NCBI GenBank assembly: GCA_963781525.1
Contig: CAWAGD010000003.1
Coordinates: forward strand, 14,296-78,295
Source: an uncultured Alphaproteobacteria bacterium
GTDB taxonomy: Bacteria; Pseudomonadota; Alphaproteobacteria; Sphingomonadales; Sphingomonadaceae
Direction: 5' to 3'
DNA: 64,000 bases
Translations under genes and position numbers: made by a program
Notes under the pieces: generated by a model
Database searches by the model: none
Seen by the model: the letters and a program-made list of their open reading frames with translations, nothing else
Told to the model about the DNA's origin: nothing
In this document: piece after piece, positions 9,894 through 19,125 of the stretch
Layout: each line of letters starts with the position of its first letter
Numbering within the stretch: position 1 is the first letter of the stretch

Positions 9894-10421
9894 ATGCAGA
9901 CTAACGAAACGCTCCTCAGCACGTACGACAATATGCTCGGCTCGCTCGACGCCTGGCTTGCCAAGGCGTCGGACCATGGCGGCGATGCGCTGCTTGAGCG
10001 CAAGCTGGCCGAGGACATGTTCCCCCTGTCGCGGCAGATCCGCTTCGTGTGCAACCTGCCGGGCGAGGCGATGGCGGGCGCGGCGGGTGTCGCTTATTCC
10101 TCCAGCGACGTCGACGACGCCACGCTGTCGGCTTCGCGGGAGCGGATCGCCGCGACCCGCGCGCTGATCAAAGGCTGGCGCGAAACCCCGTTCGGCACAG
10201 ACGAGGCGCCGGTCGAGCTGTCGCTCGCCAACGGCATGACCTTCGATCTCGATACGGCCGCCTATGTGCGCGACTGGGCACTGCCGCAGTTCTACTTTCA
10301 CCTGATGAGCGCCTACGCGATCCTGCGCGCGGCCGGCGTGCCGCTGGGCAAAGCCGACTACGTGGGCTTCATGTTCCGCTACTTGCGCCAGCCGCCCGCT
10401 GGCGAAGGCACAGCCGCCTGA
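9894..10421 (+). CDS. DUF1993 domain-containing protein
   Basis: 175 aa with LERKLAEDMFPLSRQIRFVCNLP and ALPQFYFHLMSAYAILRAAGVPLGKADY, which are characteristic of DUF1993. Confidence 0.7.
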   Translation: MQTNETLLSTYDNMLGSLDAWLAKASDHGGDALLERKLAEDMFPLSRQIRFVCNLPGEAMAGAAGVAYSSSDVDDATLSASRERIAATRALIKGWRETPFGTDEAPVELSLANGMTFDLDTAAYVRDWALPQFYFHLMSAYAILRAAGVPLGKADYVGFMFRYLRQPPAGEGTAA

Positions 10422-10433
10422 ACCCAAGTCGCG

Positions 10434-11012
10434 CTACGCAACATCCGCCGCGATCGCAGCGGCGTGTGCTTTGGCATTCTCGACGTAGTGGGCCACGCCC
10501 ATGCGCATCCCGGCAACGGCCATGTCGTCGAGATCGCGCATCTTGCGCGCGGGTCGCCCGCCCCACAGCTCCCGTTCGGCAATCACCTTGCCCTCGGTCA
10601 GCATCGCGCCCGCCGCGAGCATCGCATCCGACCCGATCACCGCCTTGTTCATCGCGATCGCGCCGAGCCCGACGAAGCCGCGGTCCTCTACCCGGCAACC
10701 GTGGAGCATGACCATGTGGCCGACCAGCACGTCGTCGCCGATGATCAGCGGGCTGCCATCGGGATCGCCCGGCCGTTCCGGATCGCTATGGAGTACGCTG
10801 CCGTCCTGGATGTTGGTCCGCTGGCCAATCACGATCCGGCTGACATCCGCGCGCAGCACGCAGTTGTACCATACGCTGGAATCGGCCCCGACCGTCACAT
10901 CGCCGATGATCGTGCAGCCCGGCGCGATGAACGCGCTATCGTGGATCTGCGGGGTCTTGCCGTTGATCGAGATGATCCTCACCCCGGCCCGCTCGGGGCG
11001 TTCGGCGATCAT
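10434..11012 (-). CDS. gamma carbonic anhydrase family protein (left-handed beta-helix, hexapeptide repeats)
   Basis: IHDSAFIAPGCTIIGDVTVGADSSVWYNCVLRADVSRIVIGQRTNIQDGSVLH. I chose the ATG at 11012 because it has a GGGAGGA RBS and an ATGA overlap with the upstream stop. The ORF track starts at 11027. Confidence 0.85.
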   Translation of the reverse strand: MIAERPERAGVRIISINGKTPQIHDSAFIAPGCTIIGDVTVGADSSVWYNCVLRADVSRIVIGQRTNIQDGSVLHSDPERPGDPDGSPLIIGDDVLVGHMVMLHGCRVEDRGFVGLGAIAMNKAVIGSDAMLAAGAMLTEGKVIAERELWGGRPARKMRDLDDMAVAGMRMGVAHYVENAKAHAAAIAADVA

Positions 11013-11566
11013 GCGCGATCCTCCCATGCCTGGCGGTCGATCGAATAGACGATCGACGGGTTGAGGTCCTCGCCGAACCGCGGGTCTATATAATCGAGAT
11101 CCTCACGCCGCCGCATGCCGAGCCGCTTCATCAGCCCCCAACTTGGCGCGTTCCCGGGCACGGTGAGCGCGATCACTTCGCCGGCTCCAAAGCGACCGAA
11201 CGCCGCGTCGAGCGTCGCCGTGGCGGCTTCCTTGGCATAGCCTTGCCCCCAGGCATCCTCGCGCAGGCGCCAGCCTGCTTCGATCGCCCCGGCGACCGAG
11301 GAACCCGGGGCGTCGGCGCGCTTGAGACCGCAGAAACCGAGTATTTCGCCGTCGCTCTTGCGCTCGACGACCCAGAAGCAGAACCCATTGGCCGACGCGC
11401 ACCCTTCGACGCGTGCGCGGGTGGCCGCCATGCCGTCATCATCGAGCACCCCGCCCAGCCAGCGCATGACGTCGGGGGTATTGGTGCCGGCAAAAAAGCG
11501 CGGCCAATCTTCTTCGCGCCAGTCGCGCAAGATCAGGCGTTCGGTCTCAAGTCGGAAATCAGCCAT
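11009..11566 (-). CDS. GNAT family N-acetyltransferase (RimJ/RimL-like), copy 1
   Basis: MADFRLETERLILRDWREEDWPRF .. AWGQGYAKEAATATLDAAF. The ATG at 11566 has a GGAGGGG RBS. The ORF track extends to 11599. Confidence 0.8.
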   Translation of the reverse strand: MADFRLETERLILRDWREEDWPRFFAGTNTPDVMRWLGGVLDDDGMAATRARVEGCASANGFCFWVVERKSDGEILGFCGLKRADAPGSSVAGAIEAGWRLREDAWGQGYAKEAATATLDAAFGRFGAGEVIALTVPGNAPSWGLMKRLGMRRREDLDYIDPRFGEDLNPSIVYSIDRQAWEDRA

Positions 11567-12134
11567 CGGCACCCCTCCAGGCGTTGCGCGAAATTGCAAA
11601 CACGATCGTCGGGTTCTCCTCGGCCGGGTAATCCGGATCGTCGTAGTCGAGCTCCAACAAGCGGATCATGCCGAGCCGGTTCATCAGTTGCTGCGAACGC
11701 TGATTCCGCCCCGAAGTTTGCGCGTACAGGTTTTCGCGCTTCGCCCGGTCGAATGCGTAAGCCATCATCGCCTGCGCGGATTCGCGCGCGTAGCCTTGGC
11801 CCCAGCAATCGGCGCGAATGGTCCAGCCGATCTGTACCTCGTCTTGCAGCGCCGCGGGCGCGCACGGTGTATCGATGCGCGACAGGCCGCATTTGCCGAT
11901 CAGGACGCCGTCGGAGGTGCGCTCGATCAGCAGGAAGGGCAAGTCGCCGGCCTCGGCCATGCGGTCGAAGCTGGCATGGACTTTGTCGAGCGGGAGCGGA
12001 CCGCCCAGGTGTTCGGTCACTTGCGCCGTGTTCATGTGTTCGAGCCAGCTATCGCGATCGCCCGCGCGCTCGCGGCGCAGGATCAGCCGCTCGGTAGTGA
12101 TGCGAATTTCAGTCACCGAGCAAGCGCGCGGCAT
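11559..12134 (-). CDS. GNAT family N-acetyltransferase (RimJ/RimL-like), copy 2
   Basis: TERLILRRERAGDRDSW .. CWGQGYARESAQAMMAYAF. This is a tandem paralogue of the downstream gene. The start is uncertain (ATG at 12134 or GTG at 12116). Confidence 0.75.
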   Translation of the reverse strand: MPRACSVTEIRITTERLILRRERAGDRDSWLEHMNTAQVTEHLGGPLPLDKVHASFDRMAEAGDLPFLLIERTSDGVLIGKCGLSRIDTPCAPAALQDEVQIGWTIRADCWGQGYARESAQAMMAYAFDRAKRENLYAQTSGRNQRSQQLMNRLGMIRLLELDYDDPDYPAEENPTIVFAISRNAWRGADG

Positions 12135-13104
12135 GCGCCGCGTGATAGCTCAACACGCCAGAGCAGCCCGCTCGCTTGAACGCCATCAGGGTTTCAAGAA
12201 CCAGCCCGTCGCGATCACCCGCGCCGACCGCAGCGGCCGCCTCGATCATCGCGTATTCGCCGCTCACCTGATAAGCAAACACCGGCACTTCGAACCGCTC
12301 TTTTACCCGCCGCACGACGTCGAGATAGGGCAAGCCCGGCTTGACCATCACGCTGTCGGCTCCTTCGGCGAGATCGAGCGCGACTTCGCGCAACGCCTCT
12401 TCGGAATTGCCGGGGTCCATCTGGTACGATTTCTTGTCGCCCTTGAGCAGACCGCCCGAACCGACCGCATCGCGAAACGGACCGTAGAACGCACTCGCGT
12501 ACTTCGCGGCGTAGGCCATGATCTGGACGTTGGGATGGCCGTTCATCTCGAGCGCCATGCGGATCGCGCGCACCCGGCCGTCCATCATGTCCGACGGAGC
12601 GATCACGTCGGCGCCGGCATTCGCCTGGTTGATCGCCTGGTCGACCAGCACGGCGACGGTATCGTCGTTGGTGACGTAGCCGGCCGCGTCGAGCAAACCG
12701 TCCTGCCCGTGGCTGGTGTAGGGATCCAGCGCCACATCGGTCAGTACGCCGATGTCGCTGCCGCAGGCGTCCTTGATCGCGCGAATCGCCCGGCACATCA
12801 GGTTATCCGGGTTGAGCGCTTCACTTCCATCGTCCGAACGCAGTGTTCGGGGAGTGTTCGGGAACAATGCGACGCATGGAATGCCCAGATGAAGCGCCTC
12901 TTTCGCACGTTTCACAATTCCGTCGACCGACCAGCGCGACACGCCGGGCAGCGAGCCGAGCGGCTCCTCAATGCCGGTTCCTTCGGTCACGAACAGCGGC
13001 CAGATGAGGTCGGCAGGGGTAAGCACTGTCTCGCGGTGCAGCGCGCGGCTCCATGCAGAGGAGCGCGTCCGGCGCAGGCGGAGGTTGGGATAGGCAGCGG
13101 TCAT
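12109..13104 (-). CDS. hemB: porphobilinogen synthase (delta-aminolevulinic acid dehydratase)
   Basis: 331 aa: LRLRRTRSSAWSRALHRETVLTPADLIWPLFVTEG .. APSDMMDGRVRAIR .. MVKPGLPYLDV .. FAYQVSGEYAMI. Confidence 0.95.
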   Translation of the reverse strand: MTAAYPNLRLRRTRSSAWSRALHRETVLTPADLIWPLFVTEGTGIEEPLGSLPGVSRWSVDGIVKRAKEALHLGIPCVALFPNTPRTLRSDDGSEALNPDNLMCRAIRAIKDACGSDIGVLTDVALDPYTSHGQDGLLDAAGYVTNDDTVAVLVDQAINQANAGADVIAPSDMMDGRVRAIRMALEMNGHPNVQIMAYAAKYASAFYGPFRDAVGSGGLLKGDKKSYQMDPGNSEEALREVALDLAEGADSVMVKPGLPYLDVVRRVKERFEVPVFAYQVSGEYAMIEAAAAVGAGDRDGLVLETLMAFKRAGCSGVLSYHAAHAARLLGD

Positions 13105-13164
13105 CGCCGCTGCTGTTGCCGCAATCAGAGGCCCCGATCAATCTGGGGACGCGCGATCCATGCG

Positions 13165-14802
13165 CTAGTTCGGCTCGATCCGGTCGATTTCCCGCGCCGG
13201 TTCTGCGTTCTTGGCCTCCGCAGCGCTCGGCGAAATGTCGGTCAGTGCGGCGCCCGGCGCTACGGTCTTCAACCGCGCGAGCACGTCGCGGAAGCGCGCC
13301 AGGCTTTCGCCGGAAAGCAACGCGCGGGTCACGAACGCGACGGTCGCCGGGTTGATCGACTGGCCGTTGCGGTACATCTCGTAATGGAGGTGCGGCCCGG
13401 TCGAAAGCCCGGTGGTGCCGACATAGCCGATCACCTGCCCGCGCCGCACGCTTTGTCCAGCAGACACCGCCATCCGGCTCATGTGGCAATAGCGCGTGGT
13501 AATTCCGCCCGCGTGAGCGAGCTTGACCGCGTTGCCGCAGCCGCCCGCACGGCCGGCGGAACTGACCATGCCATCGGTCACCGCAACGATCGGCTGGCCG
13601 TAGCTGGCGTGGAAATCCATGCCGGCATGACGGCGGATGTAGCCGAGGATCGGGTGTCGCCGCATGCCGAAGCTCGAGCTGACCCTTCCGGGCACGGGCT
13701 GGAGCAGGCCGCTCCGTTGTTCGCCCACGCCTGAGGCCTCATAGAACTGGCCGTCGGCGCCCCAGCGCATGAGCTGCGTGCGGGGTTTGCCGCCGCGATC
13801 AATGCCGGCATAGAGCAACTGGCCCGCTTGGCGCTCACCGGTGGCGGCACGGCGATATGAAACGACCATGTCAAACGTATCGGTCGGGCTCACACCGCTA
13901 TCGAGATCGACCTGGCGGCCGAGCTCGCGAAGATATTGCTGCACGGCGCTGGCCGGCGCGCCGGCTGCGCGCATCGAGCGGTAGAGGCTTTTGCCGGCGA
14001 GGCCGCGTATGCGTAGCGGAGTGGAGTCGACCCGGATCGGCTGGCGCTCCAGCGCGAGGCCGCCGCCGTCGCGGTCGATCGCCAGCGCCAGATCGAACCG
14101 AGCACGGAACGCGAGCGAGTCGAGCGGTCGCGGCTGGTCGGCGGCGGGGCGCCGGCCGAGGGTAATGTCAATCTGCGTGCCCGGCGCGATCTGGCCCAGC
14201 GGCATGGTCTGGGCGACGAGGCCTTCGACCCGCGCCGCGTCGCTTGCGCCGACCCCTGCGCGCTGGAGCATGCGGCCGAAGCTGTCGCCCTGTACCAGCG
14301 TTGCCACCAGTTCGATCGTCGCCCGCTCGGGCGCCGAGCGCAAGGGGACCACCGAGCGGGTCGCACCCATGTGGCGCCCGCTATCGGCTCCGAGCGCGAG
14401 CGGCATTATCATCTGGCTGCGAAACTCGTCGCGCACTTCGTCGTCGACGCGGGTGGCCGGAGCGGCTTCGAGCGGCGCGAACCCGGGCCAGAACGCAAGG
14501 CTGACGGCGCTAAGACCAATGAAAGTGCCGAGCCCGCGAAACCAGCGGCGGCTGCCGATGCCTTGCGCAAGGTCCGGCGCGAGATCGACATGCGCCAGCC
14601 GGGCCTCGGCGCGCCAACGCCACGCATCCCATTTCTCGGCCAGCGAACGCACGCGCGTGAGGATCCACGGCTCGGGGGCGGGTTCGATCTGCGCGTGCGT
14701 CAGCGCCGCCGCGCGCCAGATCGGCACGCCGTCAGCGGGGCCGTGCCCCGAGGCCTCACACTCGCGCGAACGAAACAACGCGCCCTCCACAAATTCTGGC
14801 AA
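13165..14802 (-). CDS. M23 family metallopeptidase (peptidoglycan DD-endopeptidase-like)
   Basis: 545 aa with a C-terminal LytM domain: RRHPILGYIRRHAGMDFHASYGQPI .. GTTGLSTGPHLHYEMY. A TM/anchor segment is present near the N-terminus. The start is uncertain. Confidence 0.85.
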   Translation of the reverse strand: MPEFVEGALFRSRECEASGHGPADGVPIWRAAALTHAQIEPAPEPWILTRVRSLAEKWDAWRWRAEARLAHVDLAPDLAQGIGSRRWFRGLGTFIGLSAVSLAFWPGFAPLEAAPATRVDDEVRDEFRSQMIMPLALGADSGRHMGATRSVVPLRSAPERATIELVATLVQGDSFGRMLQRAGVGASDAARVEGLVAQTMPLGQIAPGTQIDITLGRRPAADQPRPLDSLAFRARFDLALAIDRDGGGLALERQPIRVDSTPLRIRGLAGKSLYRSMRAAGAPASAVQQYLRELGRQVDLDSGVSPTDTFDMVVSYRRAATGERQAGQLLYAGIDRGGKPRTQLMRWGADGQFYEASGVGEQRSGLLQPVPGRVSSSFGMRRHPILGYIRRHAGMDFHASYGQPIVAVTDGMVSSAGRAGGCGNAVKLAHAGGITTRYCHMSRMAVSAGQSVRRGQVIGYVGTTGLSTGPHLHYEMYRNGQSINPATVAFVTRALLSGESLARFRDVLARLKTVAPGAALTDISPSAAEAKNAEPAREIDRIEPN

Positions 14803-14916
14803 ACGGTATCCCCGTCACCCCCGCGTTTCCCTGCCCGATTGAAGTTAACGACGCCCTAATTCGCGAATTTTCCAACACCTTTTCACCGCTACCGGTCCTC
14901 GCGAATCCGTCGCAGG

Positions 14917-17451
14917 TTGCCGCCGGCGCAGGCCGATGCCACATTGCCGCCTGTGAACATCAAGGCGGTTCTCGGACCCACTAACACCGGTAAGACCCAT
15001 CTCGCGATCGAGCGGATGTGCGGCCACTCATCGGGCGCGATCGGCTTTCCGCTACGTCTGCTGGCGCGCGAGGTGTACGACCGTGTCGTAGCCATCAAAG
15101 GCGAGAAGTCGGTAGCGTTGATCACCGGTGAGGAGCGCATCGAGCCCAGGGGCGCGCGCTACTTCTGCTGCACCGTCGAGGCGATGCCTCGGCTTGGCGG
15201 AGGCCCGGATGGCCCGCTGGCGTTCGTCGCGCTCGATGAAGCCCAGCTTTCCGCTGATCGCGAGCGCGGTCACGTGTTCACCGACCGGCTGCTCCACACA
15301 CGCGGTCGCGAGGAGACGATGCTGCTGGGCTCCTCGACTTTGGAGCCGATGATTCGCGCGCTCGAACCCAAGGCCGAGATCGTCACCCGGCCGCGCTTCT
15401 CGACACTGACTTACGCCGGAACGCGCAAATTATCGCGTCTGCCGCCGAGGAGCGCAATCGTCGCGTTCTCGACCGAGCAGGTTTACGCCGTTGCCGAGAT
15501 GCTGCGCCGTTTTCGCGGCGGGGCGGCCGTGGTGATGGGCGGGCTCAGTCCGGAAACCCGTAATCGCCAGGTCGCGTTGTTCCAGTCGGGCGAGGTTGAC
15601 TATATCGTCGCCACCGACGCGATCGGCATGGGTCTCAACCTTGATGTGACCCACGTCGCGTTCGCGGGCCTGTCCAAGTTCGACGGCGTGCGCCAGCGGC
15701 GGCTGACTCCGGCCGAAATGTCCCAGATCGCGGGGCGCGCGGGGCGCCATCAGAAGGACGGCAGCTTCGGCACGCTATCCGGCATGGGTGGGACCAGTCC
15801 CGAGTTCACCGACGAGGAGGTGTACGCGATCGAAGAGCATCGTTTTGCACCGCTGACCACGTTGTTCTGGCGCGAAGCGGAGCCGCGGTTCGATACTTTG
15901 CCTACGCTAATCGCCGATCTGGAATCGCATCCTGACGAACCGGGTTTGGTACGTGCACCCGAAGCGGTCGATCTGGCGGTGCTCAAGCGCCTTTCTGAAG
16001 AGCCGCTGGCAGCGGATGTCACGACACCCGGGCTGGTGCGGCGGTTCTGGGAGGCGTGCAGCCTGCCCGACTTTCGCCAAAGCGGCGCCGATACCCATGC
16101 GCGGTTCGTGGCGCGGTTGTGGCAGGACTTGCGCCACGGACACCTCGGCGCGGATTTCGTCGCTGCGCGGATCGCCGAGCTTGACCGGCCGCAAGGAGAT
16201 ATCGACACCCTGCAGGGCCGTATCGCCGCTATCCGCAGTTGGGCGTATATTGCCCAGCGCCCCGACTGGGTTCTTGCCCGGGACGAAATGGCCGCGCGCG
16301 CCCGCGCCGTAGAGGCCCGTCTGTCCGACGCGCTCCACGCGCGCCTGACCGAGCGTTTCGTCAATCGGAGAACCGCGATCCTGATGAAGAGTCTGGGACA
16401 AGACGCCGCGCTGCTCCCGGTCGGCTTAGGCGACGACGACGTGATGACCGTCGAGGACGAGCCGATCGGACATCTCGAAGGGTTCCGGTTCGTGGTCGAC
16501 CCGCTCGCCAGCCATACCGACCGCCGAATGCTGTTGGCCGCTGCTGAAAAGGCGCTGCCCGCATTGCTGGGCCAGCGGGCGCGAACGCTGGCGCGCGACC
16601 TTGGCGTCGAGCTGTCAGGCGGCGTGATATGCTGGCGGGGGAGCGAGCTTGCCCGTCTCGAAGCCGGCGCCTCGGCAGCTCGGCCCAGACTGGTTGCGGC
16701 GCGCAACTTGAACGCAGTGCCCGAGGCGGACCGGCGCGTGCTTCTCGAGGCGCTGGAGGTTTGGCTCGCGGCGCACCTGTCGCCGCTTGCGCCGCTGTCG
16801 GCGCTGGAAGCCGCGACGCGCGATCCGGCGGCGGGCAGCGAGGCGCGCGCGCTGCTGCTCAATCTCATTGCAGGCCATGGCACGATTCCGCGCGACAAGG
16901 CTGGTATCGAGCACCTCCCCCGCGAGCTGCGACCGTTCTTACGTCGCCTTGGCGTCAATTTCGGGGCGCTCGATGTTTTCGCACCGCTGCTCTTGAAGCC
17001 AGCCGCGCGGCGGGCTCTTCATGCGGCCGGCATCGACCGGCGGGCGCTCGCACCCGACATGCCTCCCGTTCTCGCCGCCCCTGCCGCGCTCCCGGCTGGT
17101 TATCGCATGGCGGGCAAGCAGGCGGTTCGGGTCGACATCGCTGAAAAGCTGCTGCGGGCCGCTCACGACGCTCGCGTGAATGCCAACGCGAAAGGGCGTG
17201 GGCGGCATTTTATGCTCGATCCCGCGCTGGCGGTCTCGACCGGGCTCGATACCGCCAACTGGGTGCGACTGCTCGGCTCGGCGGGGTTTAAAGTGCAGCG
17301 AGCCCGCGCGCTAGCGAAAGGCCTATACGGGCCGCCCGCGCCAGATCGGTGGACCTGGCGCCCGTCACGGCCGGCGGCGGTGGCGCCCCATCGGCCGCAG
17401 GCCGGCGATGGCAACGCGTTCGCCGCGCTGGCCGGCCTCGTGCGATCGTGA
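14917..17451 (+). CDS. helicase-related protein (SUV3-like superfamily 2 ATP-dependent helicase)
   Basis: 844 aa with Walker A GPTNTGKTH, a DEAQ box (FVALDEAQL) and helicase C motifs (VATDAIGMGLNL, QIAGRAGR). A GTG at 14953 is an alternative start. Confidence 0.8.
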   Translation: MPPAQADATLPPVNIKAVLGPTNTGKTHLAIERMCGHSSGAIGFPLRLLAREVYDRVVAIKGEKSVALITGEERIEPRGARYFCCTVEAMPRLGGGPDGPLAFVALDEAQLSADRERGHVFTDRLLHTRGREETMLLGSSTLEPMIRALEPKAEIVTRPRFSTLTYAGTRKLSRLPPRSAIVAFSTEQVYAVAEMLRRFRGGAAVVMGGLSPETRNRQVALFQSGEVDYIVATDAIGMGLNLDVTHVAFAGLSKFDGVRQRRLTPAEMSQIAGRAGRHQKDGSFGTLSGMGGTSPEFTDEEVYAIEEHRFAPLTTLFWREAEPRFDTLPTLIADLESHPDEPGLVRAPEAVDLAVLKRLSEEPLAADVTTPGLVRRFWEACSLPDFRQSGADTHARFVARLWQDLRHGHLGADFVAARIAELDRPQGDIDTLQGRIAAIRSWAYIAQRPDWVLARDEMAARARAVEARLSDALHARLTERFVNRRTAILMKSLGQDAALLPVGLGDDDVMTVEDEPIGHLEGFRFVVDPLASHTDRRMLLAAAEKALPALLGQRARTLARDLGVELSGGVICWRGSELARLEAGASAARPRLVAARNLNAVPEADRRVLLEALEVWLAAHLSPLAPLSALEAATRDPAAGSEARALLLNLIAGHGTIPRDKAGIEHLPRELRPFLRRLGVNFGALDVFAPLLLKPAARRALHAAGIDRRALAPDMPPVLAAPAALPAGYRMAGKQAVRVDIAEKLLRAAHDARVNANAKGRGRHFMLDPALAVSTGLDTANWVRLLGSAGFKVQRARALAKGLYGPPAPDRWTWRPSRPAAVAPHRPQAGDGNAFAALAGLVRS

Positions 17452-17458
17452 GCCGGCC

Positions 17459-17767
17459 ATGAGGATCGACAAGCTGCTGTGGCAATTGCGCCTGACCAAA
17501 ACCCGCAGCTTGGCGCAGATGCTGGTTTCCGCCGGCCACATCCGCCGCAACGGTGTGCGCGTCCTCCGCTCCAGCCAGGATGTCGCCGAGGGTGACATGT
17601 TGACGCTGCCATTACCCGGCGGGGTGCGGGTGATCGAGGTGCTCGCGCTCCCGGCGCGGCGCGGCCCGGCAATGCAAGCGCAAGCCTGTTACCGCACGCT
17701 TGACCCGCAGGGCCAACCGGCCTTAGCAGCGAAGCAAGACCAATCGCCTGAGAGGGGCCAGCCCTAA
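17459..17767 (+). CDS. RNA-binding S4 domain-containing protein (Hsp15/HslR-like)
   Basis: [35 protein letters not shown]. The ATG at 17459 lies 8 nt after the helicase stop. The stop overlaps the fdxA ATG (TAATG). Confidence 0.75.
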   Translation: MRIDKLLWQLRLTKTRSLAQMLVSAGHIRRNGVRVLRSSQDVAEGDMLTLPLPGGVRVIEVLALPARRGPAMQAQACYRTLDPQGQPALAAKQDQSPERGQP

Positions 17768-18105
17768 TGACCTACGTCGTCACCGACGCCTGCATCAAGT
17801 GCAAGTACACCGACTGCGTCGAGGTGTGCCCGGTCGACTGCTTCTACGAAGGCGAGACGATGCTGGTCATCAATCCGTCCGAATGCATCGATTGCGGCGT
17901 GTGCGAGCCCGAATGCCCGGCCGAGGCGATTCTGCCCGATACCGAGAGCGGGCTCGAGCAATGGCTCGAACTGAACACCAAGTTTTCCGCGGAATGGCCC
18001 AACATCACCAGCCAGAAGGAACCGCCCGCAGACGCCGATGAGCACAAGGGCGAAGAGGGCAAGTTCGAGAAGTTCTTTACCCCGGAGCCTGGCGAGGGCG
18101 ATTGA
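17767..18105 (+). CDS. fdxA: ferredoxin FdxA (7Fe, 3Fe-4S plus 4Fe-4S)
   Basis: [29 protein letters not shown] .. [16 protein letters not shown]. Confidence 0.95.
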   Translation: MTYVVTDACIKCKYTDCVEVCPVDCFYEGETMLVINPSECIDCGVCEPECPAEAILPDTESGLEQWLELNTKFSAEWPNITSQKEPPADADEHKGEEGKFEKFFTPEPGEGD

Positions 18106-18191
18106 CGTCCGCGGTTCGATCAGCCGGATTTCGCAAAAGCTCCCCGCCATCGAGCCCCGACCACCATCGCCGTCCGCATTAGCCGGCGGGG

Positions 18192-18222
18192 TGGAAATTT
18201 TGTCGCAAGTGTGTTATATAAT
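18192..18222 (+). promoter_or_regulatory. candidate extended -10 promoter for carD
   Basis: TGGAAA (18192-18197), a 17-nt spacer ending in TGt, then TATATAAT (18215-18222). This is a conspicuous AT island in GC-rich DNA and would give a roughly 150-nt leader containing the hairpin GCCGGAtagcgatTCCGGC. Confidence 0.3.
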
Positions 18223-18379
18223 CCGTCGAGCACGCCGGATAGCGATTCCGGCGGCGAAGCGAACGGTCAGAAAGGCGCGCCGCACCCCGCGAAACGACAG
18301 GTTTCCGCACGACCGTTATCGCGGTCGCCGGAGGGCTTGACGTTTCCTGCGCTGGCACGCCGCCACGAAAGGATTATTG

Positions 18380-18913
18380 ATGGCTAGCCAGGCACCCGCC
18401 TTCGACGTTGGCGACTACGTCGTCTATCCCAAGCACGGCGTCGGCCGTGTGATTGAGCTGCAAAGCGAGGAAATCGCCGGCATGCAGCTCGAACTCTATG
18501 TCCTGCGGTTCGAGAAAGAGCGCATGACCCTGCGGGTCCCGATGAACAAGATCGAGTTGATCGGCATGCGCAAGCTGTCGAGCGATAAGACCCTCAAGGA
18601 AGCGATGCAGACGCTGACCGGCAAGCCCAAGGTCAAGCGCACGATGTGGAGCCGTCGCGCGCAGGAATACGAAGCCAAGATCAACTCGGGCGATCTCGTG
18701 TCGATCGCCGAAGTGACTCGGGACTTGTTCCGCCCGGAAGACCAGCCCGAGCAGTCGTATTCCGAACGCCAGATCTTTGAAGCCGCCTCGAGCCGGCTTG
18801 CGCGCGAGCTTGCGGCGATGGAAAAGACCGACGAGCCGACGGCGCTGCAGAAAATCCTCGGCGTGCTGCGCGAACACGCGCCGAAGTATTACGAGACCGC
18901 CGAAGAAAGCTGA
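18380..18913 (+). CDS. carD: CarD family transcriptional regulator
   Basis: FDVGDYVVYPKHGVGRVIELQSEEIAGMQLELYVLRF (CarD_TRCF RNAP-interaction domain). The ATG at 18380 has an AAGGA RBS. The track begins at the TTG at 18377. Confidence 0.9.
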   Translation: MASQAPAFDVGDYVVYPKHGVGRVIELQSEEIAGMQLELYVLRFEKERMTLRVPMNKIELIGMRKLSSDKTLKEAMQTLTGKPKVKRTMWSRRAQEYEAKINSGDLVSIAEVTRDLFRPEDQPEQSYSERQIFEAASSRLARELAAMEKTDEPTALQKILGVLREHAPKYYETAEES

Positions 18914-18933
18914 TCTCTGGCCATCGAACGGGC

Positions 18934-18970
18934 AAAAGGGCGTTTTCCTCACCGGAAGGCGCCCTTTTTT
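18934..18970 (+). terminator. rho-independent terminator after carD
   Basis: AAAAGGGCG (18934-18942) pairs with CGCCCTTTT (18960-18968). Inner ttcc/ggaa pairing is present, followed by a T-run (ttttttcg). Confidence 0.7.
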
Positions 18971-19125
18971 CGTGTCCGCTGATCCGCCGATCGACCAGTA
19001 TCGCCCTAGCTTCGGTCGACGGCCCCTCGCGCGACGGCGCTTATCCATTTTAGGATTGCAGCAGCCTACTTACTGTATTACGTAGGCAATACGGACTGGG
19101 TCATTGTTCGAAGGATCAAAAGATC

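Noticed and set aside
11818-13734. 638-aa plus-strand ORF
   Set aside because: It is antisense to a GNAT gene, hemB and the M23 peptidase, all of which are confidently identified. Its composition is typical of shadow ORFs.
18106-18180. GGTTCGATC (and GGTCGAATCC near 48170) resembling a tRNA T-loop
   Set aside because: No complementary T-stem, acceptor stem or anticodon arm can be drawn. The upstream ~55 nt lie in coding sequence. I recognise no tRNA or rRNA gene anywhere in the window.
19052-19060. 9-mer AGGATTGCA shared between the DUF2807 upstream region and the SCPU intergenic spacer (30712-30720)
   Set aside because: A single shared 9-mer in 64 kb on two strands is about what chance predicts.
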